51,263 nucleotides of DNA from a phage: the sequence record PZ452599.1; one strand, 5' to 3'. Shown in pieces: positions 1-9,215 of this stretch (positions are counted from its first letter, which is position 1; each line of letters opens with the position of its first letter). The position numbers and the translations under genes are program-made. Under the pieces are notes generated by a model. The model made no database searches and was not told the origin of the DNA. It saw only the letters and a list, made by a program, of their open reading frames with translations.

Positions 1-1569
1 ATGATCATATGGGAAGATTTGACGGCGGCGCAAAAGCGAGCCATTAAAGAAATCAGTGAGCATTCATTCGAAAAGATGATCAGAATCTGGTTCCAATTAT
101 TGCAGGGGCAAAAATTCCAGAGCAACTGGCATTTTAGCTTATTGTGCAGTGAGGTAGAGAAGATCATCAATGGAGAGTCGCAGAATGTGATTTTCAACAT
201 TACGCCAGGTAGCGGCAAGACTGAGATTTTCTCGATCCACATGTCACCCTACGCGTCATTGAAAAGCCGGAAAGTGAGAAACCTTAACCTTTCGTTTAGT
301 GATGGCCTTGTCCAGCAAAACAGCAACCGGATAAAGGAGATTATCGGTTCTCCTGAGTGGCAAGAGCTATGGCCTGGAAAACTGGCAAAGGCGAGCGCTA
401 AAGATCTGATAGTCACCGAAGGCGGCAAGGTTAAATTGCAAGTTAACTCACGTTCTATTGGCGGCCAGGTAACAGGTTTGCGTGGCGGATATATGGATGA
501 TGGTTTTACTGGTATGCTGGTTCTTGACGATCCAGACAAGCCGGATGATATGCTTTCTAAGGTCAAGCGCGAGGCTATTCACATGCGGTTAAAAAACACA
601 GTGCGATCGCGTCGAATGAAAGACACCACGCCAATTGTTATGGTGCAACAGCGACTACACGTTAATGATTCCACCTGGTTCATGCTTAATGGCGGGATGG
701 GTGGTATTGAGTTTAAAGTCGTGAGCATTCCGGCGCTGGTTACGAAAGAATACCGCGAAACGCTTCCTGATTGGTTGAAGCCTGAATTTGATCGTGATGT
801 GCTGTCAAGTAAGCCAGTGATGATAGATGGCGTCGCTCATTATTCATTTTGGCCTGCGAAGGAAAGCGCGGAGGAGTTGCTTGCATTGCGCAATGCAGAT
901 CCTTACACGTTCGCCAGCCAATACCAACAGCAACCAATCGCGCTTGGCGGGAACGTGTTTAAAACAGAGTGGTTCCAGTATTACGGCAGCGGCGAAAAGT
1001 GCGCACTACCAAAACCGGATCGCTTTGAATACACATTTATTACTGGAGATACCGCGCAGAAGGCCGGAGAGCTTAACGACTATTCGGTTTTTTGTTATTG
1101 GGGGATGTATAAGAATCGCGTTTACTTCATTGATGGCATTCGCGGAAAGTGGGAAGCGCCGGATCTTGAATTAAATTTTATTGCCTTCGTTAACCAGTGC
1201 TGGAAGCGCAATAAGGAGTGTGGCAGCTTGCGACGTATCCACATTGAGGATAAGGCCAGCGGCACGGGTTTGATTCAGGGGGCCAAAAAGAAGATCCCGA
1301 TTGATATAAATCCCGTTCAGCGAAGCAATGACAAGGTAACGCGAGCAATGGACGCCGCGCCAGTAATGAGGGCCGGACGTGTGGCACTGCCAGAAAATCA
1401 CCCAATGCTGCCTGAGATACTGGCAGAGGTTGCAGCATTCACTTTTGATGATTCTCATCCCCATGATGATATTGTCGATAATATAGTTGATGCTGTTAAC
1501 GTCGAAATGAACTTGGCAGATGATCCGGTGGCAAGGATGAAAAAGCTGGCAGGTCTACGCAATAAATAG
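1..1569 (+). CDS. terL: terminase large subunit
   Basis: 522-aa ORF with Walker A-like NITPGSGKTE and Walker B-like MLVLDDPD; directly follows terS if window ends are joined; ATG at position 1. Confidence 0.8.
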   Translation: MIIWEDLTAAQKRAIKEISEHSFEKMIRIWFQLLQGQKFQSNWHFSLLCSEVEKIINGESQNVIFNITPGSGKTEIFSIHMSPYASLKSRKVRNLNLSFSDGLVQQNSNRIKEIIGSPEWQELWPGKLAKASAKDLIVTEGGKVKLQVNSRSIGGQVTGLRGGYMDDGFTGMLVLDDPDKPDDMLSKVKREAIHMRLKNTVRSRRMKDTTPIVMVQQRLHVNDSTWFMLNGGMGGIEFKVVSIPALVTKEYRETLPDWLKPEFDRDVLSSKPVMIDGVAHYSFWPAKESAEELLALRNADPYTFASQYQQQPIALGGNVFKTEWFQYYGSGEKCALPKPDRFEYTFITGDTAQKAGELNDYSVFCYWGMYKNRVYFIDGIRGKWEAPDLELNFIAFVNQCWKRNKECGSLRRIHIEDKASGTGLIQGAKKKIPIDINPVQRSNDKVTRAMDAAPVMRAGRVALPENHPMLPEILAEVAAFTFDDSHPHDDIVDNIVDAVNVEMNLADDPVARMKKLAGLRNK

Positions 1570-1595
1570 CACTAATTGCTAAAAAGTTATATAAT
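1564..1595 (+). promoter_or_regulatory. variant motif (TAGCACTAATTGCTAAAAAG) followed by TATAAT, between terL and portal
   Basis: Begins with terL stop TAG; TATAAT at about 1590-1595; a near-identical variant follows the kinase gene at 47321-47358. Confidence 0.35.
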
Positions 1596-1598
1596 CAA

Positions 1599-1622
1599 GG
1601 CTGGATTTTTCCAGCCTTTTTT
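1599..1622 (+). terminator. intrinsic terminator after terL
   Basis: Hairpin GGCTGG-ATTTTT-CCAGCC followed by T-run. Confidence 0.55.
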
Positions 1623-1639
1623 ATTATGGAGATTTGACG

Positions 1640-2932
1640 ATGAGTGAAAAAACAAGGCTAGTTAAGGCCGATGGATACAACGAGATTTTCAAGGGTAGCA
1701 AGGGCAATGGGCGTGTGGAGTTGCCTTTCTTTATGCAAGGGTTCGAATACACCACGCACGCTGATTTTTACATTCGCGACGGCCTAGCAAAACGAATTAT
1801 CGACGTTGTTCCAGAAGAAATGGTGACACCTGGATTTAATATTGATGGCGTGGAAGATGAGGAGAGTTTTAGATCTTTGTGGGATGAGAAGCGACTAAAC
1901 GATAAAATCATTGATGCGCTTTGCTGGTCGCGTCTTTTTGGTGGCGCTGCAATCGTGGCAATCGTTCAGGATGGCAGGGCATTAAAGTCACCTGTAGCGC
2001 CTGGTGCAATCCTTGAAGATGTTCGCGTTTACGATCGCTTTCAGGTTCGCGTAGAAAAGCGCGAAACTAATCCACGTAAGGTGCGATATGGTGAGCCATT
2101 AATTTACACCATTTCACCTGGTGCGGACTTGCCAGAATATCAGGTTCACTATTCGCGAGTCTGTATTATCGACGGTGAGCGGCTACCAAATCAGCGACGT
2201 CAGTCAAATGATGGTTGGGGTGAGTCAATCCTGAATAAGCGATTGGTTGAGGCTATTTGTGATTACAACTACTGCGAAAACTTAGCAACTCAATTGTTGC
2301 GACGTAAGCAACAGGCAGTATGGAAAGCTAAAGGACTTGCCGATCTTTGTGATGATGATGATGGTGTTAACGCCGCACGTTTGCGCCTTGCTCAAGTTGA
2401 TGATGAGGGTGGCGTAGGTCGTGCGATCGGCATTGATGCGGAAGATGAGGAATATGATGTTTTAAATTCTGATATTTCCGGCGTCGATTCATTCCTGGAA
2501 AAGAAGATGGATCGCATTGTATCTCTTTCCGGCATCCATGAAATCATCCTCAAAAACAAGAACGTTGGCGGTGTTAGCGCGAGCCAAAACACGGCGCTTG
2601 AAACCTTCTACAAGCTGATCGATCGAAAGCGAAAGGAAGAATACAAACCAATCCTTGAATTTCTGATCCCGTTCCTGATTCAAGAGGAAGAATGGAGTAT
2701 TCAGTTTGCGCCGTTAAGCGTTCCCAGCGAAAAGGACCAGGCCGAGATCTTGAACAAGAATATTGATTCTTTGAGCAAGGCTATTGACGGTCAATTCATG
2801 GATACAGAGGAGGCGCGCGACACATTGCGAGCCATTGCGCCTAACGTTAAACTAAAGGACGGCAATAACATTAAATTACCTGAGCAGGACGTAGAGCCGG
2901 AGCCAGGAACAACCGAGGGTAGCAATCAATGA
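1640..2932 (+). CDS. portal protein
   Basis: 430 aa immediately after terL; ATG 1640 with GGAG 8 nt upstream (track ORF begins at in-frame TTG 1634). Assignment by position and size. Confidence 0.65.
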   Translation: MSEKTRLVKADGYNEIFKGSKGNGRVELPFFMQGFEYTTHADFYIRDGLAKRIIDVVPEEMVTPGFNIDGVEDEESFRSLWDEKRLNDKIIDALCWSRLFGGAAIVAIVQDGRALKSPVAPGAILEDVRVYDRFQVRVEKRETNPRKVRYGEPLIYTISPGADLPEYQVHYSRVCIIDGERLPNQRRQSNDGWGESILNKRLVEAICDYNYCENLATQLLRRKQQAVWKAKGLADLCDDDDGVNAARLRLAQVDDEGGVGRAIGIDAEDEEYDVLNSDISGVDSFLEKKMDRIVSLSGIHEIILKNKNVGGVSASQNTALETFYKLIDRKRKEEYKPILEFLIPFLIQEEEWSIQFAPLSVPSEKDQAEILNKNIDSLSKAIDGQFMDTEEARDTLRAIAPNVKLKDGNNIKLPEQDVEPEPGTTEGSNQ

Positions 2933-3684
2933 TAGTGAAAGGCGTCGTTAAACAATGGCGCTTTCCTGAAGCAAGCGAGCGGCAATTGCGCCGCTCAATT
3001 CAGGAGGCGATAAGGGATCTTGTTGTGCTGATGCGCAGCAAAACAAAGGAAATGAAATTTGACGCGGACACCGAAGAAATCAACGCCGCAGAGGATGAGA
3101 TTAGTAGCTTCGCGTTAAAGCTAATAGCTGGCATCGCCGCATCACTTCCGGTTATCGGCCTTGCTGTTTATAAATTCAACGCAAAGCAATTTATTAACGT
3201 AGCGAAATCAACGGGAGGCAAGTCAAATTCCGCCGTTATCATCCTTATGGCTATTGGGGCCAATGCGAATGAGAGTTGGTATAGGACGCTATACGGTCAA
3301 TGGCATGACATGACGATCGCATCTCTTCAAAAACTATTTGGAAACATCGTGTCTGACTGGTCAACCAATATCAGATCGGCAAACTTTCGCGGAATGAGAG
3401 ATAGTCAGGTTAATGAATTGGCTGGTAAGAGGTTCGCAGTGTATAGCTCTTGGGGTAAGACAAGGGCTGAAAATATCATAGGCGCTTGGAATAGTAGACT
3501 CATGCGCCAGCGTCTTTATGATTCAAAAGTAACTCATTATTTTTGGCATGGTATGCTTGATGACAGAGAACGATTGCAGCATGTACAATGGGAAGGTAAG
3601 CGCATTGCGCTAGATTCTGAACATGATTTTCCTGGTGAGCCTTTCGGTTGTCGTTGTTGGGCCATACCAGACTGGAACAGTTAA
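2929..3684 (+). CDS. minor head / head morphogenesis protein
   Basis: 250 aa; ATGA start-stop overlap with portal; position between portal and scaffold-like gene. Confidence 0.5.
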   Translation: MIVKGVVKQWRFPEASERQLRRSIQEAIRDLVVLMRSKTKEMKFDADTEEINAAEDEISSFALKLIAGIAASLPVIGLAVYKFNAKQFINVAKSTGGKSNSAVIILMAIGANANESWYRTLYGQWHDMTIASLQKLFGNIVSDWSTNIRSANFRGMRDSQVNELAGKRFAVYSSWGKTRAENIIGAWNSRLMRQRLYDSKVTHYFWHGMLDDRERLQHVQWEGKRIALDSEHDFPGEPFGCRCWAIPDWNS

Positions 3685-3694
3685 GAGGTGTTAA

Positions 3695-4810
3695 ATGAAG
3701 GCAAAACAAAGATTTGATAGCGCCAAAGTAAAGGCGCACTTTGATGATAACGGGTTTTTAGTTGATCGCCCTATCGTGGCGCGAATTGGTTTACAAGTCT
3801 ATCAGACTCCCTTCGGTGAGCGCAGAGAATTTCGTCCGGCGTCCGAAGTATTCAAGGCCGACTCACTCGCCACCTTCGCAGGGAAGCCAGTCACGGTTGG
3901 TCACGTTACGGTAACTCCAGAAAACGCCGAAAAGGTTGTGGTTGGTTCTTGTGCTGGCGCTGGTGTGCCGAACGGGATCGGCGTAGAGGTTCCGTTAAGC
4001 ATTTACTCAAAACGAGCAATCGAAAGCGCGAAGAAGCGAGACACGGCTGAAATTTCAGTTGGTTATACCTCGGTTGATATTGATAAACCTGGCTGGGGCA
4101 ATAATAAAACTGGTGAGTACGTTTTCGATGAGGATGTTAGCGAAGACTGGAAACCGGATTCTCCTGATTGGGTTAAGTTTGATGCAATCCAGACTGAAAT
4201 CAAGGTAAACCACATCGCGTTAGTCTTCCGAGGTCGTGCTGGTATTGCAAAATTAAACCTTGATAGTCAGCAAGATTTTCCGTATAGTGACGAAGTTATT
4301 AACAACAAAGAGGATCAAACCATGACTGTAAAAATTAAACTGGATGGCGCTGTAGAATTTGATGTTCCGAAAGCAGTTGCGGATCACATTGAATCACTGA
4401 AAGCTGATGCAAAAGCACAGAAAGAAAAGGCGGACGGCCTGGAAGCTGAGCGAGATGCACTGCAAACCAAAGTAGATGGCATTCAGGATCAGATTGATGC
4501 CGCAGTCAAGAAAGCCAAAGAAGATGCCGCGCAACATGCTCAATTAGTAGCAGACGCTAAAGAGTTAGGAATCAAGTGCGACGGCCTGGATGCGAAAGCA
4601 ATCAAGGTTGCATACATCAAAGAAGTTATGGGCAATGACGTTTCCGATAAAACTGATGCCTATATCGAAACAGCTTTCGACATCGCCAAAAACTCTGATA
4701 AAATGGCGGCGCAGCGTAAGAGCATTAAGGGTGACTCTTTCGCGAATGAAAAACATGATGAAGCAGGTTCTAAGCTGAATCCTAACGCTCGTTTTGAGAA
4801 ACTGAAATAA
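3695..4810 (+). CDS. putative prohead protease / scaffolding protein
   Basis: 371 aa; GAGGTG RBS; C-terminal coiled-coil-like A/K/E/D-rich segment; position before capsid genes. Confidence 0.45.
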   Translation: MKAKQRFDSAKVKAHFDDNGFLVDRPIVARIGLQVYQTPFGERREFRPASEVFKADSLATFAGKPVTVGHVTVTPENAEKVVVGSCAGAGVPNGIGVEVPLSIYSKRAIESAKKRDTAEISVGYTSVDIDKPGWGNNKTGEYVFDEDVSEDWKPDSPDWVKFDAIQTEIKVNHIALVFRGRAGIAKLNLDSQQDFPYSDEVINNKEDQTMTVKIKLDGAVEFDVPKAVADHIESLKADAKAQKEKADGLEAERDALQTKVDGIQDQIDAAVKKAKEDAAQHAQLVADAKELGIKCDGLDAKAIKVAYIKEVMGNDVSDKTDAYIETAFDIAKNSDKMAAQRKSIKGDSFANEKHDEAGSKLNPNARFEKLK

Positions 4811-4822
4811 GGAGTAATTAAA

Positions 4823-5332
4823 ATGGCTAAAATTGGAGCAAGTTATTTTGACACTATGGCGCGTGCGCTTCCTGGTCAGGTATCCGACACGTCAGCATAT
4901 AACATCGACGGCGCTTGCGTTCTTGACAAGGAAGACGGCATCCCAATCCTGGTTGGCGTGGCTGTTAAGCTAAAAGGCGTTGACTCAATGGGTAATAAGC
5001 TGATCGACGCTATTTCTGGTGGTGGTGATGTTCCTTATGGCGTTGGCGTTCGTTCGCACTTTCAAACTACGGCTGATAATGGTCGAATGGTTTATGAGGC
5101 TGGCGGCGGAATCAACGTTATGACTGAGGGCCGTGTCTGGATGATTGGCGATGATTCCGATAAAAGCAAAAAGCCAGAATATCGTGAGCCTGTAAAAATT
5201 GATGAAAACTCTGGCAAGGTGAAAAGTGCTGGCGCTATCAATACAAACTGGGTTTACACTGGCGATAAAACCACTTTTGGAACTGGCAATAATATGTTGA
5301 CTTTGTTTGAAGTTCAGGTCTTCCCAAGCTAA
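4823..5332 (+). CDS. capsid-accessory (decoration-like) protein, paralog A
   Basis: 169 aa; AAGGAG RBS; shares YNIDG and RGVW/EGRVW motifs with the next gene; occupies the lambda gpD-equivalent position before the major capsid gene. Confidence 0.4.
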   Translation: MAKIGASYFDTMARALPGQVSDTSAYNIDGACVLDKEDGIPILVGVAVKLKGVDSMGNKLIDAISGGGDVPYGVGVRSHFQTTADNGRMVYEAGGGINVMTEGRVWMIGDDSDKSKKPEYREPVKIDENSGKVKSAGAINTNWVYTGDKTTFGTGNNMLTLFEVQVFPS

Positions 5333-5338
5333 AATCAA

Positions 5339-5362
5339 GGCGCTCGCTTGAGCGCCTTTTTT
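5339..5362 (+). terminator. intrinsic terminator between the two capsid-accessory paralogs
   Basis: Hairpin GGCGCTC...GAGCGCC followed by TTTTTT. Confidence 0.6.
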
Positions 5363-5382
5363 ATTATGTAAGGAGAAATGAA

Positions 5383-5922
5383 ATGGCTAAAGATTATTCA
5401 TCTATTATGGGTCTTTCTTGCCCTGGTTGTTTGGTTGATTCTACTCGCTACAATATTGATGGTACTGGCGTTTGTGGTTCTGAATCGATCATTGCTGGTA
5501 AGGTTGTTTTCTTTAAGGAGAGAATCGGCGGTTACAACATATTTGTTGACCACAAAGAGGAGGACGCTGTGGTTGCGGGTGTTGCGCTAAGGAGCAACAT
5601 AACAACGACAGTTAACGAGGAAGACGGGTATTCCGACTACAAGGAAGGAGACGCCATCAACATTTTGACAAGAGGTGTTGTATGGTGTGTAACTCAAACA
5701 ATTGAATCTCCCCCTGAGCATGGGGATCTTGTTTATGTTAACAATGATGGTTTTGTAGCAAAGAGTGATGGCGATGAAATCGTCGATGGCTGGATTTTTA
5801 CTGGTGACTTCTACAAGTTTGATGAAACAATAAACATAGTCGGAGTCAGAATAACGCCGCTTTATCATAGAAAATATCTTCTCACTGGTGCGATCATTGA
5901 GGCTGAAAATGGATACATATAG
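5383..5922 (+). CDS. capsid-accessory (decoration-like) protein, paralog B
   Basis: 179 aa; ATG 5383 is 9 nt from AAGGAG; tandem paralog of 4823-5332; ends at TAG 5920-5922 with an open in-frame continuation. Confidence 0.4.
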   Translation: MAKDYSSIMGLSCPGCLVDSTRYNIDGTGVCGSESIIAGKVVFFKERIGGYNIFVDHKEEDAVVAGVALRSNITTTVNEEDGYSDYKEGDAINILTRGVVWCVTQTIESPPEHGDLVYVNNDGFVAKSDGDEIVDGWIFTGDFYKFDETINIVGVRITPLYHRKYLLTGAIIEAENGYI

Positions 5923-6165
5923 GGAACAGAGACGATTGATAACGTCCAATTAAAGGTGACAGTTGTTCCGACTTGGGCCGATGACAAAACTGGTCAGTGG
6001 ACAATTACAAATCCACAAGATCCAATGGTTGCCAGTGTTAGTCGAACAGGCCTTGTTGTTCCTACTGGTGTTGGAGGTAGAGTTAACGTCAACTGGACTG
6101 CTAATGATGGTTCTGGAGTTGCTGACCAGTTTGATATTGTATTTACGAAAACCGCTGGCGAATAA
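5923..6165 (+). CDS. in-frame Ig-like extension downstream of TAG (candidate readthrough product of 5383-5922)
   Basis: No stop between TAG 5920-5922 and TAA 6163-6165 in the same frame; translated segment (VQLKVTVVPTW...WTITNPQDPMVASVSRTGLVVPTGVGGRVNVNWT) resembles a bacterial Ig-like domain; only a weak GTG at 5956 for independent initiation. Confidence 0.35.
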   Translation, partial: GTETIDNVQLKVTVVPTWADDKTGQWTITNPQDPMVASVSRTGLVVPTGVGGRVNVNWTANDGSGVADQFDIVFTKTAGE

Positions 6166-6190
6166 CTAATAGCATAAAAAAACATTGCAC

Positions 6191-6210
6191 GTTTAACAAA
6201 AAGTGCTATC
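6191..6210. promoter_or_regulatory. reverse-oriented motif copy (GTTTAACAAAAAGTGCTATC) upstream of major capsid gene
   Basis: Located between the Ig-like ORF and terminator 6217-6241; function and direction unresolved. Confidence 0.3.
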
Positions 6211-6216
6211 ATCTAG

Positions 6217-6241
6217 GCCGTTACATTTAACGGCCTTTTTT
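6217..6241 (+). terminator. intrinsic terminator upstream of major capsid gene
   Basis: Hairpin GGCCGTT-ACATTT-AACGGCC followed by TTTTTT. Confidence 0.6.
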
Positions 6242-6255
6242 ATGGAGGAAGCAAA

Positions 6256-7227
6256 ATGGCTAAAAAATATGATGAACTAGATGCTACGATTGTGGCGAAT
6301 CATTTGCAGATTCAGGGTGTTAAGTCCGACGCTTCTGATATGGGTATTTGGACCGCTCAAGAGCTACACAAGATCCGCTCTACCGCATACGAGAAAGAGT
6401 ATCCGGCAGGTTCCGCGCTTCGCGTATTCCCTGTAACAAACGAGCTTTCTGATACTGACAAGACTTTCGAATATCAGACTTTTGATAAGGTTGGCTACGC
6501 GAAAATTATCGCCGACTACACCGATGATCTGCCGACTGTGGACGCGTTGATGACTTCTGAGTTTGGCAAAGTGTTCCGCCTGGGTAACGCTTATCTGATC
6601 TCCATTGATGAGATTAAAGCAGGTCAGCGAACTGGCAAGAGCCTGTCAACTCGCAAGGCTAACGCTGCGCAAAATGCACATGATCAGTTGATTAACTTCC
6701 TGGTGTTCAAAGGTTCCAAGCCTCACAAGATCGTTTCCGTTTTCGATCATCCTAACCTTACGAAAATTGTTTCTAAAGGCTGGATGAGCCAGGACGGCAA
6801 TACCAAGTTCCCGGAAGTGGCAAGCGATGAACTGGAGGCCGCAATCGAAACGATCGAGGAAGTAACCAAAGGTCAGCACCGCGCGACCAACATCCTGATC
6901 CCGCCGTCCATGCGTAAAGTCCTAACGGTTCGAATGGAAAATACCACTGAAAGTTATCTGGAATACTTCCAGAAGCAAAACGGCGGTATCACTATCGACT
7001 CTATCGCAGAGCTTGAGGATATTGACGGCAAAGGTACGAAAGGTTGCTTGGTTTACGAAAAAGATCCAATGAACATGAGCATTGAGATTCCAGAAGCGTT
7101 TAACATGCTTCCGGCGCAGCCAAAAGACCTGCATTTCAAAGTTCCTTGCACTTCCAAGTGTACTGGCCTTACGATTTATCGTCCGTTTACGATGGTGCTT
7201 ATTACTGGCTTGAAAAAGTCAGCTTAA
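6256..7227 (+). CDS. major capsid protein
   Basis: 323 aa; GGAGG RBS; preceded and followed by intrinsic terminators; size and position typical of siphovirus major capsid. Confidence 0.7.
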   Translation: MAKKYDELDATIVANHLQIQGVKSDASDMGIWTAQELHKIRSTAYEKEYPAGSALRVFPVTNELSDTDKTFEYQTFDKVGYAKIIADYTDDLPTVDALMTSEFGKVFRLGNAYLISIDEIKAGQRTGKSLSTRKANAAQNAHDQLINFLVFKGSKPHKIVSVFDHPNLTKIVSKGWMSQDGNTKFPEVASDELEAAIETIEEVTKGQHRATNILIPPSMRKVLTVRMENTTESYLEYFQKQNGGITIDSIAELEDIDGKGTKGCLVYEKDPMNMSIEIPEAFNMLPAQPKDLHFKVPCTSKCTGLTIYRPFTMVLITGLKKSA

Positions 7228-7238
7228 TCAGATAACAT

Positions 7239-7268
7239 GGGGAGCCTTAAGGGTTCCCCTTTTTTTTA
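7239..7268 (+). terminator. intrinsic terminator after major capsid gene
   Basis: GC-rich hairpin GGGGAGCC...GGGTTCCCC followed by T8. Confidence 0.65.
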
Positions 7269-7285
7269 TTTATGGAGTACACAAA

Positions 7286-7552
7286 ATGAGCAAAACTTTA
7301 AAACTTAAAGTAACTGGCATTTGCATGATTATTATGGACGGTAAGCGTTATCATCCTGGTGATGAAATTGAAATTGAATCTGAACGCATTAATGATTCCG
7401 CAATTGAATACCTGATCGCTCGCGGTGATGTGGAAGTTAAAGACAATTCCGAAATTAACGAGCAAATCAAGGCGAAAGCGGAGAAGAAGCGCAAAAAAGA
7501 TCCTACCGAGGGCAAGAGCCGCAAAGAGCTAGAGGACGGCGGCGAATATTAA
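7286..7552 (+). CDS. hypothetical protein, structural module
   Basis: 88 aa; GGAG RBS; lysine-rich C-terminus; flanked by terminators. Confidence 0.5.
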   Translation: MSKTLKLKVTGICMIIMDGKRYHPGDEIEIESERINDSAIEYLIARGDVEVKDNSEINEQIKAKAEKKRKKDPTEGKSRKELEDGGEY

Positions 7553-7557
7553 TAATT

Positions 7558-7576
7558 GGGGCGCTTATGCGCCCTT
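7558..7576 (+). terminator. terminator-like hairpin
   Basis: Hairpin GGGCGC-TTAT-GCGCCC followed by short T-run. Confidence 0.4.
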
Positions 7577-7598
7577 TGTCACATCTGGAGAAAACAAA

Positions 7599-8018
7599 AT
7601 GGTAGATGAATTTTACACAGACGCTGAAATCATGCAGCAAATCGTAAAGTTAGCGCCGCCAATGCAACAAGTTGATCCCGATTTAATTGTGGCATGGATT
7701 GAGCTTGCTAAAGAGTTTGTTTGCAAAAAACGGTTTAAAAACTCATACCCTAAAGCGGTTGCGCTTTACACTCTTCACCTTATGACCTTAGACGGGGCAA
7801 TGAAACAGGAAGGTGAAAGCGTAGAAAGCTACTCCCGCCGCGTTGCCTCGTTCACTCTGACTGGTGAGTTTAGTCAGACGTTTGATCGAATTTCTTCCGA
7901 TACAAGCGGAAAGCAGATCCGACAAACGCCGTGGGGCAAAATGTACGAAGTGTTAAACCGTAAGCACGGTGGCGGCTTTGGCCTTGTGACTGGATTGCGC
8001 CGGAGATGCTGCCGATGA
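7599..8018 (+). CDS. putative head-tail connector / adaptor
   Basis: 139 aa; GGAG RBS; position between capsid and tail genes. Confidence 0.45.
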   Translation: MVDEFYTDAEIMQQIVKLAPPMQQVDPDLIVAWIELAKEFVCKKRFKNSYPKAVALYTLHLMTLDGAMKQEGESVESYSRRVASFTLTGEFSQTFDRISSDTSGKQIRQTPWGKMYEVLNRKHGGGFGLVTGLRRRCCR

Positions 8019-8386
8019 ACTACAATGAGATTGCAAGAATGGCTACGGCTGGGATTAACTTTTTCAGCGATGCTAACGGTATGTTTAAGTGCATCACGCA
8101 GCAGGGAGGGGTTGAGATTATCGGCGGAGAGGAAGTTACCAAGCCGGAGATTTCAGTGATGATAAAGGGGCTTGTTAGATCTCCGAGGACTAGAGAGGTT
8201 GACGGTGAAGCAATCCGAGTAACCGACAAGTTGGGGATATTCACCAATGAAACTGAGATCAAAAATGGTTATCAGATTGAAATTGATGGCGAACGTTATG
8301 TTGTCGTTGAAGCAAGGCCAGTCAGGCAGACTAACATCACGGCGGCTTATCGTCCGATATTAAGGAGGATTGCTGTGCATGGCTGA
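8015..8386 (+). CDS. putative head closure / head-tail joining protein
   Basis: 123 aa from ATG 8015 (ATGA overlap with upstream stop; GGAG 10 nt upstream); track start 8006 lacks RBS spacing. Confidence 0.45.
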   Translation: MNYNEIARMATAGINFFSDANGMFKCITQQGGVEIIGGEEVTKPEISVMIKGLVRSPRTREVDGEAIRVTDKLGIFTNETEIKNGYQIEIDGERYVVVEARPVRQTNITAAYRPILRRIAVHG

Positions 8387-8822
8387 TAACTATAAGATCA
8401 GGGAATTTCACGGTGATATAAGCAGGTGGATTGATTCAGTAAGCAGCGGCCTTGTTGATTGCGTTGAAATGTTCGCGACAAACGTCCACGAGGATCTTGT
8501 AAATCGCTCGCCAGTTGATACGGGCCGATATAAAGCCAACTGGCAGATAACAGCAAACAAGCCGCCGCTATATGCGCTCAACCAATACGATCGCGATGGT
8601 AGTAAAACCATTGCAGAAGGTAAGCGAGCAATATATGCAATTATGCGTGGCGGTGGCGCTGTGCGGTCAATCTATTTTTCAAACATGCTCATTTACGCAA
8701 ACGCGCTTGAATACGGGCATTCAAAACAAGCGCCGTCCGGCGTACTTGGAATCGTGGCGGTAAAGCTGCGATCTTATATGGCTAAGGCAATAAAGGATTC
8801 GAGGGCAAAAAATGCACTATGA
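8379..8822 (+). CDS. tail completion protein (HK97 gp10-like)
   Basis: 147 aa from ATG 8379 with AAGGAGG 9 nt upstream; DTGRYKANW motif typical of gp10-like neck proteins. Confidence 0.5.
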   Translation: MADNYKIREFHGDISRWIDSVSSGLVDCVEMFATNVHEDLVNRSPVDTGRYKANWQITANKPPLYALNQYDRDGSKTIAEGKRAIYAIMRGGGAVRSIYFSNMLIYANALEYGHSKQAPSGVLGIVAVKLRSYMAKAIKDSRAKNAL

Positions 8823-9213
8823 TTTAATGTTGGCGGCAAGAAAGGCGCTGGCGGCTGAATATGAATCACGATTTAAGATAGCCTATGAAAACGTTGATTT
8901 TGTGCCGCCTGGAGATGGTTCTATGTGGTTAAAATTTAACTACATGGAAGCGGACACGGATCGCATATCTCTTGATAGAAAATGTGTTTCTTACATCGGT
9001 TTGGTTCAGGTTGGAATTGTTATTCCTCCTGGTGGTGGCACTGATAAAGCGCGTTTGCTGGCTAAAGAGATTGCGAGATTTTTCTATGATGGTAGAATGT
9101 TTGAAACTGGCTATATTAGCGAGGGAGCAAACGTCCACGCATTACTAAAAAGTGAAACAGGTTGGTTCTTGCCGATCCGTTTCAGTGTTAGGCTTGACAC
9201 AAAGGAGGAATAA
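8812..9213 (+). CDS. putative tail terminator / tail assembly protein
   Basis: 133 aa; overlaps upstream gene by 11 nt; position immediately before major tail gene. Confidence 0.4.
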   Translation: MHYDLMLAARKALAAEYESRFKIAYENVDFVPPGDGSMWLKFNYMEADTDRISLDRKCVSYIGLVQVGIVIPPGGGTDKARLLAKEIARFFYDGRMFETGYISEGANVHALLKSETGWFLPIRFSVRLDTKEE

Positions 9214-9215
9214 TC

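Noticed and set aside
5378-5590. 70-aa ORF MKWLKIIHLL in alternative frame at the start of gene 5383-5922
   Set aside because: Its ATG is only 4 nt from the AAGGAG RBS, whereas the ATG at 5383 has optimal spacing and encodes the protein paralogous to 4823-5332.
5920-5922. TAG at 5920-5922 as a simple sequencing error
   Set aside because: Cannot be excluded from sequence alone; kept as a finding because the surrounding sequence is otherwise clean and the Ig-like fold starts upstream of any start codon.
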